Shown: positions 32,201 to 48,100 of the stretch, one piece after another
Numbering within the stretch: position 1 is the first letter of the stretch
Layout of the letters: each line of letters begins with the position of its first letter
From: Eledone cirrhosa
Taxonomy: Eukaryota
Direction of reading: 5' to 3'
NCBI GenBank assembly: GCA_964016885.1
Contig: OZ024744.1
Location: forward strand, 110,794,001-110,858,000
DNA: 64,000 nt
Translations under genes and position numbers: made by a program
The notes under the pieces: generated by a model
The model's database searches: none
The model's input: only the letters and a program-made list of their open reading frames with translations
Told to the model about the DNA's origin: nothing

Positions 32201-35200
32201 AAACTACACAATCCACTATAAATTACCTTGCCCCAAACACAGTGAAACTACACAATCCACTATAACTTACTTTGCCATGAACACAGTAAAACTACACAAT
32301 CCACTATAACTTACCTTGCCCTGAAAACAGTAAAACTACACAATCCACTATAACTGAACTGGCCCTGAACACAGTAAAACTACACAAACAACTATAAATT
32401 AGCTTACCCTGAACACAGTAAAACTACACAATCCACTATAACTTACTTTGCCCTGAACACAGTAAAACTACACAAACCACTATAACTTACCTTGCCCTGA
32501 AAACAGTAAAACTACACAATCCACTATAATATACCTTGCCCTGAAAACAGTAAAACTACACAATCCACTATAAATTACCTTGCCCTGAACACAGTAAAAC
32601 TACACAATCCACTATAACTGAACTGGCCCTGAACACAGTACATTCCACTATAACTTACCTTGCCCTGAACACAGTAAAACTACACAAACCACTATAACTG
32701 AACTGGCCCTGAACACAGTAACACTACACAATCCACTATAACTGAACTGGCCCTGAACACAGTAAACTACAGAATCCACTATAACTTGCCTTGCCCAAAA
32801 CAAAGTAAAACTACGTAATCCACTATAACTTACCTTGCCCTGAACACAGTAAAACTACTCAATCCACAATAGCTTACTTTGCCCTGAAAACAGTAAAACT
32901 ACACAATCCACTATAACTTACCTTGCCCTGATCACAGTAAAACTACACAATCACTATAACTTTTTTTGCCCTGAACACAGTAAAACTACACAAACCACTA
33001 TAAATTACCTTGCTCTAAACACAATAAAGCTAGACAATCCACTATAACTTACCTTGCCCTGAACACAGGAAAACTACACAATCCACTATAACTTAACTGG
33101 CCCTGAACACAGTAAACTACACAATCGACTATAACTTACCTTGCCCAGAACAAATTAAAACAAAGTAATCCACTATACCTTACCTTGCCCTGAACACAGT
33201 AAAACTACACGATCCACTATAACTTACTTTGCCCTGAACACAGTAAAACTACAATAACAACTATAAATTACCTTGCTCTAAACACTGTAAAACTACACAA
33301 GCGACTATAACTTACCTTGCCCTGAACACATTAAAACTACACAATCCACTATAACTTACCTTGCCCTGAACACAGTAAAACTACACAATCCACTCTAACT
33401 TACTTTGCCCTGAACACAGTCAAACTACACAAACCACTATAACTTACCTTGCCCTGAAAACAGTAAAACTACACAATCCACTATAAATTACCTTGCCCTG
33501 AAAACAGTAAAACTACACAATCCACTATAAATTACCTTGCCCTGAACACAGTAAAACTACACAATCCACTATAACTTACTTTGCCATGAACACAGTAAAA
33601 CTACACAATCCACTATAACTTACCTTGCCCTGAACACAGTAAAACTACACAATCCACTATAACTGAACTGGCCCTGAACACAGTAAAACTACACAAACAA
33701 CTATAAATTACCTTACCCTGAACACAGTAAAACTACACAATCCACTATAACTTACTTTGCCCTGAACACAGTAAAACTACACAAACCACTATAACTTACC
33801 TTGCCCTGAAAACAGTAAAACTACACAATCCACTATAAATTACCTTGCCCTGAAAACAGTAAAACTACACAATCCACTATAAATTACCTTGCCCTGAACA
33901 CAGTAAAACTACACAATCCACTATAACTTACTTTGCCATGAACACAGTAAAACTACACAATCCACTATAACTTACCTTGCCCAGAACACAGTAAACCTAC
34001 ACAATCCACTATAACTGAACTGGCCCTGAACACAGTAAAACTACACAATCCACTATAACTTAACCGGCCCTTAACACAGAAAAACCACTTAATTCACTAT
34101 AACTTACCTTGCTCTGAACACAGTAAAACTACACAATCCACTATAACTTACCTTGCCCTGAACACAGTAAAACTACACAATCCACTCTAACTTACTTTGC
34201 CCTGAACACAGTCAAACTACACAAACCACTATAACTTACCTTGCCCTGAAAACAGTAAAACTACACAATCCACTATAAATTACCTTGCCCTGAAAACAGT
34301 AAAACTACACAATCCACTATAAATTACCTTGCCCTGAACACAGTAAAACTACACAAACCACTATAACTTACCTTGCCCTGAAAACAGTAAAACTACACAA
34401 TCCACTATAAATTACCTTGCCCTGAAAACAGTAAAACTACACAATCCACTATAAATTACCTTGCCCTCAACACAGTAAAACTACACAATCCACTATAACT
34501 TACTTTGCCATGAACACAGTAAAACTACACAATCCACTATAATTTACCTTGCCCAGAACACAGTAAACCTACACAATCCACTATAACTGAACTGGCCCTG
34601 AACACAGTACAACTACACAATCCACTATAACTTAACTGGCCCTTAACACAGAAAAACCACTTAATTCACTATAACTTACCTTGCTCTGAACACAGTAAAA
34701 CTACACAATCCACTATAACTTACCTTGCCCTGAACACAGTAAAACTACACAATCCACTCTAACTTACTTTGCCCTGAACACAGTCAAACTACACAAACCA
34801 CTATAACTTACCTTACCCTGAAAACAGTAAAACTAAACAATCCACTATAAATTACCTTGCCCTGAAAACAGTAAAACTACACAATCCACTATAAATTACC
34901 TTGCCCTGAACACAGTAAAACTACACAATCCACTATAACTTACTTTGCCATGAACACAGTAAAACTACACAATCCACTATAACTTACCTTGCCCTGAACA
35001 CAGTAAAACTAAACAATCCACTATACCTTACCTTGGCCTGAACACAGTAAAACTACACAAACAACTATAAATTACCTTACCCTGAACACAGTAAAACTAC
35101 ACAATCCACTATAACTTACTTTGCCCTGAACACAGTAAAACTACACAAAACACTATAACTTACATTGCCCTGAAAACAGTAAAGCTACACAATCCACTAT

Positions 35201-38200
35201 AAATTACCTTGCCCTGAAAACAGTAAAACTACACAATCCACTATAAATTACCTTGCCCTGAACACAGTAAAACTACACAATCCACTATAACTTACTTTGC
35301 CATGAACACAGTAAAACTACACAATCCACTATAACTTACCTTGCCCAGAACACAGTAAACCTACACAATCCACTATAACTGAACTGGCCCTGAACACAGT
35401 AAAACTATACAATCCACTATAACTTAACTGGCCCTTAACACAGAAAAACCACTTAATTCACTATAACTTACCTTGCTCTGAACACAGTAAAACTACACAA
35501 TCCACTATAACTTACCTTGCCCTTAACACAGTAAAACTACACAAACCACTATAACTTACCTTGCTCTGAACACAGTAAAACTACACAATCCACTATAACC
35601 TACCTTGCTCTGAACACAATAAAACTACATAATACACTATAACTTACCTTGCTCTGAACACAGTAAAATTACACAATCCACTATAATTTACCTTCTTCTG
35701 AACACAGTAAAACTACACAATCCACTATAACTTTCCTTGCCCTGAACACAGTAAATCTACACAATCCACTATAACTTACTTTGCCCTGAACACAGTAAAA
35801 TTACACAATCCACTATAACTTACCTTGCTCTAAACACAGTAAAGTTCGACAATCCACTATAACTTACCTTGCCCTGAACACAGTAAAATTATACAATCCA
35901 CTATAACATACCTTGCCTGAACACAGTAAAACTACATAATCCACTATAACTTAACTGGCCCTGAACACAGTAAAACTTCACAATCCACTATAACTTAACT
36001 GGCCCTGAACAGACTAAACTACAGAATCCACTATAACTTACCTTGCTCTGAATACAGGAAAACTACACAAGCGACTATAACTTACCTTGCCCTGAACAGA
36101 TTAAAACTACACAATCCACTATAACTTACCTTGCCCTGAACACAGTAAAACTACACAATCCACTCTAACTTACTTTGCCCTGAACACAGTCAAACTACAC
36201 AAACCACTATAACTTACCTTGCCCTGAAAACAGTAAAACTACACAATCCACTATAAATTACCTTGCCCTGAAAACAGTAAAACTACACAATCCACTATAA
36301 ATTACCTTGCCCTGAACACAGTAAAACTACACAATCCACTATAACTTACTTTGCCATGAACACAGTAAAACTACACAATCCACTATAACTTACCTTGCCC
36401 TGAACACAGTAAAACTACACAATCCACTATAACTGAACTGGCCCTGAACACAGTAAAACTACACAAACAACTATAAATTACCTTACCCTGAACACAGTAA
36501 AACTACACAATCCACTATAACTTAACTGGCCCTGAACACAGTAAACTACAGAATCCACTATAACTTACCTTGCCCAGAACAAAGTCAAACTACACAAACC
36601 ACTATAAATTACCTTGCTCTAAACACAGTAAAGCTCGACAATCCACTATAACTTACCTTGCCCTGAACACAGTAAAACTATACAATCCACTATAACATAC
36701 CTTGCCTGAACACAGTAAAACTACATAATCCACTATAACTTAACTGGCCCTGAACACAGTAAAACTACACGATCCACTATAACTTACCTTGCCCTGAACA
36801 CAGTAAAACTACATAATCCACCATAACTTACCTTGCCCTGAACACAGTAAAACTACATAATCCACCATAACTTACCTTGCCCTGAACACAGTAAAACTAC
36901 ACAATCCACTATAACTTACTTTGCCCTGAACACAGTAAAACTACACAAACAACTATAAATTACCTTGCTCTAAACACAGTAAAACTACACAATCCACTAT
37001 AACTTACCTTGCCCTGAACACAGTAAAACTACACAATCCACTATAAATTACCTTACCCTGAACACAGTAAAACTACACAATCCACTATAACTTACTATGC
37101 CCTGAATACAGTCAAACTACACAAACCACTATAACTTACCTTGCCCTGAAAACAGTAAAACTACACAATCCACTATAAATTACCTTGCCCTGAAAACAGT
37201 AAAACTACACAATCCACTATAAATTACCTTGCCCCAAACACAGTGAAACTACACAATCCACTATAACTTACTTTGCCATGAACACAGTAAAACTACACAA
37301 TCCACTATAACTTACCTTGCCCTGAAAACAGTAAAACTACACAATCCACTATAACTGAACTGGCCCTGAACACAGTAAAACTACACAAACAACTATAAAT
37401 TAGCTTACCCTGAACACAGTAAAACTACACAATCCACTATAACTTACTTTGCCCTGAACACAGTAAAACTACACAAACCACTATAACTTACCTTGCCCTG
37501 AAAACAGTAAAACTACACAATCCACTATAATATACCTTGCCCTGAAAACAGTAAAACTACACAATCCACTATAAATTACCTTGCCCTGAACACAGTAAAA
37601 CTACACAATCCACTATAACTGAACTGGCCCTGAACACAGTACATTCCACTATAACTTACCTTGCCCTGAACACAGTAAAACTACACAAACCACTATAACT
37701 GAACTGGCCCTGAACACAGTAACACTACACAATCCACTATAACTGAACTGGCCCTGAACACAGTAAACTACAGAATCCACTATAACTTGCCTTGCCCAAA
37801 ACAAAGTAAAACTACGTAATCCACTATAACTTACCTTGCCCTGAACACAGTAAAACTACTCAATCCACAATAGCTTACTTTGCCCTGAAAACAGTAAAAC
37901 TACACAATCCACTATAACTTACCTTGCCCTGATCACAGTAAAACTACACAATCACTATAACTTTTTTTGCCCTGAACACAGTAAAACTACACAAACCACT
38001 ATAAATTACCTTGCTCTAAACACAATAAAGCTAGACAATCCACTATAACTTACCTTGCCCTGAACACAGGAAAACTACACAATCCACTATAACTTAACTG
38101 GCCCTGAACACAGTAAACTACACAATCGACTATAACTTACCTTGCCCAGAACAAATTAAAACAAAGTAATCCACTATACCTTACCTTGCCCTGAACACAG

Positions 38201-38420
38201 TAAAACTACACGATCCACTATAACTTACTTTGCCCTGAACACAGTAAAACTACAATAACAACTATAAATTACCTTGCTCTAAACACTGTAAAACTACACA
38301 AGCGACTATAACTTACCTTGCCCTGAACACATTAAAACTACACAATCCACTATAACTTACCTTGCCCTGAACACAGTAAAACTACACAATCCACTCTAAC
38401 TTACTTTGCCCTGAACACAT
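29250..38420. repeat. Tandem ~5.0-5.1 kb higher-order duplication
   Basis: Offset 5089: GCCCTCAA 29374/34463, CAGTACAAC 29516/34605. Offset 5001: AAGTTCGAC 30841/35842, TTACTATGCC 32091/37092, GTACATTCC 32638/37639, T-tract 32961/37962. Confidence 0.88.
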
Positions 38421-39179
38421 TCAAACTACACAAACCACTATAACTTACCTTGCCCTGAAAACAGTAAAACTACACAATCCACTATACCTTACCTTGCCCT
38501 TAACACAGTAAAACTACACAATCAACTATAGCTTACATTGCTCTGAACACAGTAAAACTACACTATCCACTATAGCTTAGCTTGCCCTGAAAACAGTAGA
38601 ACTACACAATCCACTATAAGTTACCTTGCCCTGAACACATTAAAACTACACGATACACTATAACTTACCTTGCACTGAACACAGTAAAACTACACTATCC
38701 ACTATAAATTACCTTGCTCTGAACACAGTAAAAATACACAATCCACTATAACTTAACTGGCCCTGAACACAGTAATCTACAGAATCCACTATAACTTACC
38801 TTGCCCAGAACAAAGTAAAACTACGTAATCCACTATACCTTACCTTGCCCTGAAGACAGTAAAGCTACACAATCCACTATAACTTGCCTTGCTCTGAACA
38901 CAGTAAAACTACACAATCCACTATAACTTACGTTGTTCCGAACACAGTAAAACTACACAATCCACTATAGCTTACCTTGCCCTGAACACAGTAAAACTAC
39001 ACAATCCACTATAACTTACCTTGCCCTGAACACAGTAAAACTACACAATCCACTATAAATTACCTTGCCCTGAACACAGTAAAACTACACAATCCACTAT
39101 AACTTACTTTGCCATGAACACAGTAAAACTACACAATCCACTATAACTTACCTTGCCGTGAACACAGTAAAACTACACA

Positions 39180-42100
39180 ATCCACTATAACTGAACTGGC
39201 CCTGAACACAGTAAAACTACACAAACAACTATAAATTACCTTACCCTGAACACAGTAAAACTACACAATCCACTATAACTTACTTTGCCCTGAACACAGT
39301 AAAACTACACAAACCACTATAACTTACCTTGCCCTGAAAACAGTAAAACTACACAATCCACTATAAATTACCTTGCCCTGAAAACAGTAAAACTACACAA
39401 TCCACTATAAATTACCTTGCCCTGAACACAGTAAAACTACACAATCCACTATAACTTACTTTGCCATGAACACAGTAAAACTACACAATCCACTATAACT
39501 TACCTTGCCCAGAACACAGTAAACCTACACAATCCACTATAACTGAACTGGCCCTGAACACAGTAAAACTACACAATCCACTATAACTTAACCGGCCCTT
39601 AACACAGAAAAACCACTTAATTCACTATAACTTACCTTGCTCTGAACACAGTAAAACTACACAATCCACTATAACTTACCTTGCCCTGAACACAGTAAAA
39701 CTACACAATCCACTCTAACTTACTTTGCCCTGAACACAGTCAAACTACACAAACCACTATAACTTACCTTGCCCTGAAAACAGTAAAACTACACAATCCA
39801 CTATAAATTACCTTGCCCTGAAAACAGTAAAACTACACAATCCACTATAAATTACCTTGCCCTGAACACAGTAAAACTACACAATCCACTATAACTTACT
39901 TTGCCATGAACACAGTAAAACTACACAATCCACTATAAGTTACCTTGCTCTGAAAGCAGTAAAACTACACAATCCCCTATAACTTACTTTGCCCTGAACA
40001 CAGCAAAACTACACAAACAACTATAAATTACCTTACCCTGAACACAGTAAAACTACACGATCCACTATAACTTACTTTGCCCTGAACACAGTAAAACTAC
40101 TATAATTCACTATAACTTACCTTGCCCTGAACACAGTAAAACTACACAATCCACTATACCTAACCTTGCCCTGAACACAGTAAAACTACACAATCCACTA
40201 TAACTTACCTTGCTCTGAACACAGTAAAACTACACAATCCACTATACCTTACCTTGCCCTGAAAACAGTAAAACTACACAATCCACTATAACTTAACTGG
40301 CCCTGAACACAGTATACTCCAGAATCCACTATAACTTACCTTGCCCAGAACAAATTAAAACTACGTAATTCACTATACCTTACCTTGCCCTGAACACACT
40401 AAAACTACACAATCCACTATAACTTACCTTGCCTTGAACAATTTAAAACTACACAATCCACTATAACTTACCTTGCCTTGAACACAGTAAAACTACACAA
40501 TACACTATAAATTACCTTACCCTGAACGCAGTAAAACTACACAATCCACTATAACTTACTTTGTCCTGAATACAGTCAAACTACACAAACCACTATAAAT
40601 TACCTTGCTCTGAAAACAGTAAAACTACACAATCCACTATAAATTACCTTGCCCTGAAAACAGTAAAACTACACAATCCACTATAAATTACCTTGCCCCG
40701 AACACAGTAAAACTACACAATCCACTATAACTTACTTTGCCATGAACACAGTAAAACTACACAATCCACTATAACTTACCTTGCCCTGAAAACAGTAAAA
40801 CTACACAATCCACTATAACTGAACTGGCCCTGAACACAATAAAACTACACAAACAACTATAAATTAGCTTACCCTTAACACAGTAAAACTACACAATCCA
40901 CTATAACTTACTTTGCCCTGAACACAGTAAAACTACACAAACCACTATAACTTACCTTGCCCTGAAAACAGTAAAGCTACACAATCCACTATAAATTACC
41001 TTGCCCTTAAACCAGTAAAACTACACAATCCACTATAAATTACCTTGCCCTGAACACAGTAAAACTACACAATCCACTATACCTTACCTTGCCCTGAACA
41101 CAGTAAAACTACACAATCCACTATAACTGAACTGGCCCTAAACACAGTAAAACTACACAATCCACTATAACTTACCTTGCCCTGAACACACTAAAACTAC
41201 ACAATCCACTATAACTGAACTGGCCCTGAACACAGTAACACTACACAATCCACTATAACTGAACTGGCCCTGAACACAGTAAACTACAGAATCCACTATA
41301 ACTTACCTTGCCCTGAACACACTAAAACTACACAATCCACTATAACTGAACTGGCCCTGAACACAGTAACACTACATAATCCACAATAACGGAACTGGCC
41401 CTGAACACAGTAAACTACACAATCCACTATAACTTACCTTGCCTCGAACACACTATAACTACACAATCCACTATAACTGAACTGGCCCTGAACACAGTAA
41501 CACTACACAATCCACTATAACTGAACTGGCCCTGAACACAGTAAACTACAGAATCCACTATAACTTACCTTGCCCAAAACAAAGTAAAACTACGTAATCC
41601 ACTATAACTTACCTTGCCCTGAACACAGTAAAACTACACAATCCACTATAGCTTACTTTGCCCTGAAAACAGTAAAACTACACAATCCACTATAACTTAC
41701 CTTGCCCTGATCACAGTAAAACTACACAATCACTATAACTTTTTTGCCCTGAACACAGTAAAACTACACAAACCACTATAAATTACCTTGCTCTAAACAC
41801 AATAAAGCTAGACAATCCACTATAACTTACCTTACCCTGAACACAGGAAAACTACACAATCCACTATAACTTAACTGGCCCTGAACACAGTAAACTACAC
41901 AATCGACTATAACTTACCTTGCCCAGAACAAATTAAAACAACGTAATCCACAATACCTTACCTTGCCCTGAACACAGTAAAACTACACGATCCACTATAA
42001 CTTACTTTGCCCTGAACACAGTAAAACTACAATAACAACTATAAATTACCTTGCTCTAAACACTGTAAAACTACACAAGCGACTATAACTTACCTTGCCC

Positions 42101-45100
42101 TGAACACATTAAAACTACACAATCCACTATAACTTACCTTGCCCTGAACACATTAAAACTACACAATCCACTATAACTTACTTTGCCATGAACACAGTAA
42201 AACAACACAATCCACTATAACTTACCTTGCCCTGAACACAGTAAAACTACACAATCCACTATAACTGAACTGGCCCTGAACACAGTAAAACTACACAAAC
42301 AACTATAAATTACCTTACCCTGAACACAGTAAAACTACACAATCCACTATAACTTACCTTGCCCTGAAAACAGTAAAACTACACAATCCACTATAAATTA
42401 CCTTGCCCTGAAAACAGTAAAACTACACAATCCACTATAAATTACCTTGCCCTGAACACAGTAAAACTACACAATCCACTATAACTTACTTTGCCATGAA
42501 CACAGTAAAACTACACAATCCACTATAACTTACCTTGCCCAGAACACAGTAAAACTACACAATCCACTATAACTGAACTGGCCCTGAACACAGTAAAAAT
42601 ACACAATCCACTATAACTTAACTGGCCCTGAACACAGAAAAACTACTTAATTCACTATAACTTACCTTGCTCTGAACACAGTAAAATTACACAATTCACT
42701 ATAATTTACCTTCTTCTGAACACAGTAAAACTACACAATGCACTATAACTTTCCTTGCCCTGAACACAGTAAAACTACACAATCCACCATACCTAACCTT
42801 GCCCTGAACACAGTAAAACTACACAATCCACTATAACTTACCTTGCTCTGAACACAGTAAAACTACACAATCCACTAAAACTTAATTGGCCCTGAACACA
42901 GTATACTACAGAATCCACTATAACTTACCTTGCCCAGAACAAATTAATACTACGTGATCCACTATACCTTACCTTGCCCTGAACACAGTAAAACTACACA
43001 ATCCACTATAACTTACTTTGCCCTGAACACAGTAAAACTACACAAACAACTATATATTACCTTGCTCTAAACACAGTAAAACTACACGATCCACTATACC
43101 TTACCTTGCCCTGAACAATTTAAAACTACACAATCCACTATAACTTACCTTGCCTTGAACACAGTAAAACTACACAATCCACTATAAATTACCTTACCCT
43201 GAACGCAGTAAAACTACACAATCCACTATAACTTACTTTGTCCTGAATACAGTCAAACTACACAAACCACTATAACTTACCTTGTTCTGAAAACAGTAAA
43301 ACTACACAATCCACTATAAATTACCTTGCCGTGAAAACAGTAAAACTACACAATCCACTATAAATTACCTTGCCCCGAACACAGTAAAACTACACAATCC
43401 ACTATAACTTACTTTGCCATGAACACAGTAAAACTACACAATCCACTATAACTTACCTTGCCCTGAAAACAGTAAAACTACACAATCCACTATAACTGAA
43501 CTGGCCCTGAACACAGTAAAACTACACAAACAACTATAAATTAGCTTACCCTGAACACAGTAAAACTACACAATCCACTATAACTTACTTTGCCCTGAAC
43601 ACAGTAAAACTACACAAACCACTATAACTTACCTTGCCCTGAAAACAGTAAAACTACACAATCCACTATAAATTACCTTGCCCTTAAAACAGTAAAACTA
43701 CACAATCCACTATAAATTACCTTGCCCTGAACACAGTAAAACTACACAATCCACTATACCTTACCTTGCCCTGAACACAGTAAAACTACACAATCCACTA
43801 TAACTGAACTGGCCCTGAACACAGTAAAACTACACAATCCACTATAACTTACCTTGCCCTGAACACAGTAACACTACACAATCCACTATAACTGAACTGG
43901 CCCTGAACACAGTAACCTACAGAATCCACTATAACTTACCTTGCCCAAAACAAAGTAAAACTACGTAATCCACTATAACTTACCTTGCCCTGAACACAGT
44001 AAAACTACACAATCCACTATAGCTTACTTTGCCCTGAAAACAGTAAAACTACACAATCCACTATAACTTACCTTGCCCTGATCACAGTAAAACTACACAA
44101 TCACTATAACTTTTTTGCCCTGAACACAGTAAAACTACACAAACCACTATATATTACCTTGCTCTAAACACAATAAAGCTAGACAATCCACTATAACTTA
44201 CCTTACCCTGAACACAGGAAAACTACACAATCCACTATAACTTAACTGGCCCTGAACACAGTAAACTACACAATCGACTATAACTTACCTTGCCCAGAAC
44301 AAATTAAAACAACGTAATCCACTATACCTTACCTTGCCCTGAACACAGTAAAACTACACGATCCACTATAACTTACTTTGCCCTGAACACAGTAAAACTA
44401 CAATAACAACTATAAATTACCTTGCTCTAAACACTGTAAAACTACAGAATCTACTATAACTTACCTTGCCCTGAACACATTAAAACTACACAATCCACTA
44501 TAACTTACCTTACCCTGAACACATTAAAACTACACAATCCACTATAACTTACCTTGCTCTGAACACAGTAAAACTACACAATCCACTATAGCTTACGTTG
44601 TTCTGAACACAGTAAAACTACACAATCCATTCTAGCTTACTTTGCACTGAACACAGTAAAACTACACAATCCACTATAACTTACATTGCCCTGAACACAG
44701 TAAAACTACACAATCCACTATAACTTACCTTGCACTGAACACAGTAAAACTACACTATCCACTATAAATTACCTTGCTCTGAACACAGTAAAAATACACA
44801 TCCACTATAACTTAATTGGCCCTGAACACAGTAAACTACAGAATCCACTATAACTTACCTTGCCCAGAACAAAGTAAAGCTACGTAAACAACTATACCTT
44901 ACCTTGCCCTGAAGACAGTAAAGCTACACAATCCACTATAACTTACCTTGCTCTGAACACAGTAAAACTACATAATCCACTATAACTTACCTTTCCCTGA
45001 ACACAGTAAAACTACACAATCCACTATAACTTACCTTGCCCTGAACACAGTAAAACTACACAATCCACTATAACTTAAATGGGCCTGAACACAGTAAAAC

Positions 45101-48100
45101 TCCACAATCCACTATAACTTAACTGGCCCTGAACACAGTAAATTACAGAATCCACTATAACTTATCTTGCACTGAACACAGGAAAACTACACAATTCACT
45201 ATAACTTAACTGGCCCTGAACACAGTAAAACTACACAATCCTCTATAACTTACCTTGCCCTGAAAACAGTAAAACTACACAATCCACTATAAATTACCTT
45301 GCCCTGAACACAGTAAAACTACACAATCCACTATAACTTACTTTGCCATCAACACAGTAAAACTACACAATCCACTATAACTTACCTTGCCCTGAACACA
45401 TTAAAACTACACAATCCACTATAACTTACCTTGCCCTGAACACAGTAAAACTACACAATCCACTATAAATTACCTTGCCCTGAACACAGTAAAACTACAC
45501 AATCCACTATAACTTACCTTGCCCTGAACACAGTAAAACTACACAATCCACTATACCTTACCTTGCCCTGAACACAGTAAAACTACACAATCCACTATAA
45601 CTTACCTTGCTCTGAACACAGTAAAACTACACAATCCACTATACCTTACCTTGCCCTTAACACAGTAAAACTACACAATCAACTATAGCTTACATTGCTC
45701 TGAACACAGTAAAACTACACTATCCACTATAGCTTAGCTTGCCCTGAAAACAGTAGAACTACACAATCCACTATAAGTTACCTTGCCCTGAACACATTAA
45801 AACTACACGATACACTATAACTTACCTTGCACTGAACACAGTAAAACTACACTATCCACTATAAATTACCTTGCTCTGAACACAGTAAAAATACACAATC
45901 CACTATAACTTAACTGGCCCTGAACACAGTAATCTACAGAATCCACTATAACTTACCTTGCCCAGAACAAAGTAAAACTACGTAATCCACTATACCTTAC
46001 CTTGCCCTGAAGACAGTAAAGCTACACAATCCACTATAACTTGCCTTGCTCTGAACACAGTAAAACTACACAATCCACTATAACTTACGTTGTTCCGAAC
46101 ACAGTAAAACTACACAATCCACTATAGCTTACCTTGCCCTGAACACAGTAAAACTACACAATCCACTATAACTTACCTTGCCCTGAACACAGTAAAACTA
46201 CACAATCCACTATAACTTACTTTGCCCTGAACACAGTAAAACTAAACAATCCACTATAACTTAACTGTCCCTGAAGACAGTAAAACTACACAATCCACTA
46301 TAACTTACCTTGCCGTGAACACAGTAAAACTAAACAATCCACTATAACTTACATTGCCCTGAACACAGTAAAACTACACAAACCACTATAAATTACCTTG
46401 CCCTGAACACCGTAAAATTACACAATCCACTATAGTTTACCTTGCCCAGAACACAGTAAAACTACACAATCCACTATAAATTACCTTGCCTTGAACACAG
46501 TAAAACTACACAATCCACTATAACTGAACTGGCCCTGAACACAGTAAAACTACACAATCCACTATAACTTAACTGTCCCTGAACACTGTAAAACTACACA
46601 ATCCACTATACCTTACCTTGCCCTGAACACAGTAAAACTACACAATCCACTATAGCTTACATTGCTCTGAACAGAGTAAAACTACACAATCCACTACAGC
46701 TTACCTTGCCCTGAAGACAGTAAAACTACACAATCCACTACAACTTACCTTGCCCTGAACACAGTAAACTACAGAATCCACTATAACTGAACTGGCCCTG
46801 AACACAGTAAAACTACACAAACAACTATAAATTACCTTACCCTGAACACAGTAAAACTACACGATCCACTATAACTTACTTTGCCCTGAACACAGTAAAA
46901 CTACACAAACCACTATAACTTACCTTGCCCTGAAAACAGTAAAACTACACAATCCACTATAAATTACCTTGCCCTGAACACAGTAAAACTACACAATCCA
47001 CTATAACTTACTTTGCCATGAACACAGTAAAACTACACAATCCACTATAACTTACCTTGCCCAGAACACAGTAAACCTACACAATCCACTATAACTGAAC
47101 TGGCCCTGAACACAGTAAAACTACACAATCCACTATAACTTAACCGGCCCTTAACACAGAAAAACCACTTAATTCACTATAACTTACCTTGCTCTGAACA
47201 CAGTAAAACTACACAATCCACTATAACTTACCTTGCCCTGAACACAGTAAAACTACACAATCCACTCTAACTTACTTTGCCCTGAACACAGTCAAACTAC
47301 ACAAACCACTATAACTTACCTTGCCCTGAAAACAGTAAAACTACACAATCCACTATAAATTACCTTGCCCTGAAAACAGTAAAACTACACAATCCACTAT
47401 AACTTACTTTGCCATGAACACAGTAAAACTACACAATCCACTATAAGTTACCTTGCTCTGAAAGAATTAAAACTACACAATCCCCTATAACTTACTTTGC
47501 CCTGAACACAGCAAAACTACACAAACAACTATAAATTACCTTACCCTGAACACAGTAAAACTACACGATCCACTATAACTTACTTTGCCCTGAACACAGT
47601 AAAACTACTATAATTCACTATAACTTACCTTGCTCTGAACACAGTAAAACTACACAATCCACTATACCTAACCTTGCCCTGAACACAGTAAAACTACACA
47701 ATCCACTATAACTTACCTTGCTCTGAACACAGTAAAACTACACAATCCACTATACCTTACCTTGCCCTGAAAACAGTAAAACTACACAATCCACTATAAC
47801 TTAACTGGCCCTGAACACAGTATACTCCAGAATCCACTATAACTTACCTTGCCCAGAACAAATTAAAACTACGTAATTCACTATACCTTACCTTGCCCTG
47901 AACACAGTAAAACTACACAATCCACTATAACTTACTTTGCCCTGAACACAGTAAAACTACACAAACAACTATAAATTACCTTGCTCTAAACACAGTAAAA
48001 CTACACAATCCACTATAACTTACCTTGCCCTGAACAATTTAAAACTACACAATCCACTATAACTTACCTTGCCTTGAACACAGTAAAACTACACAATACA

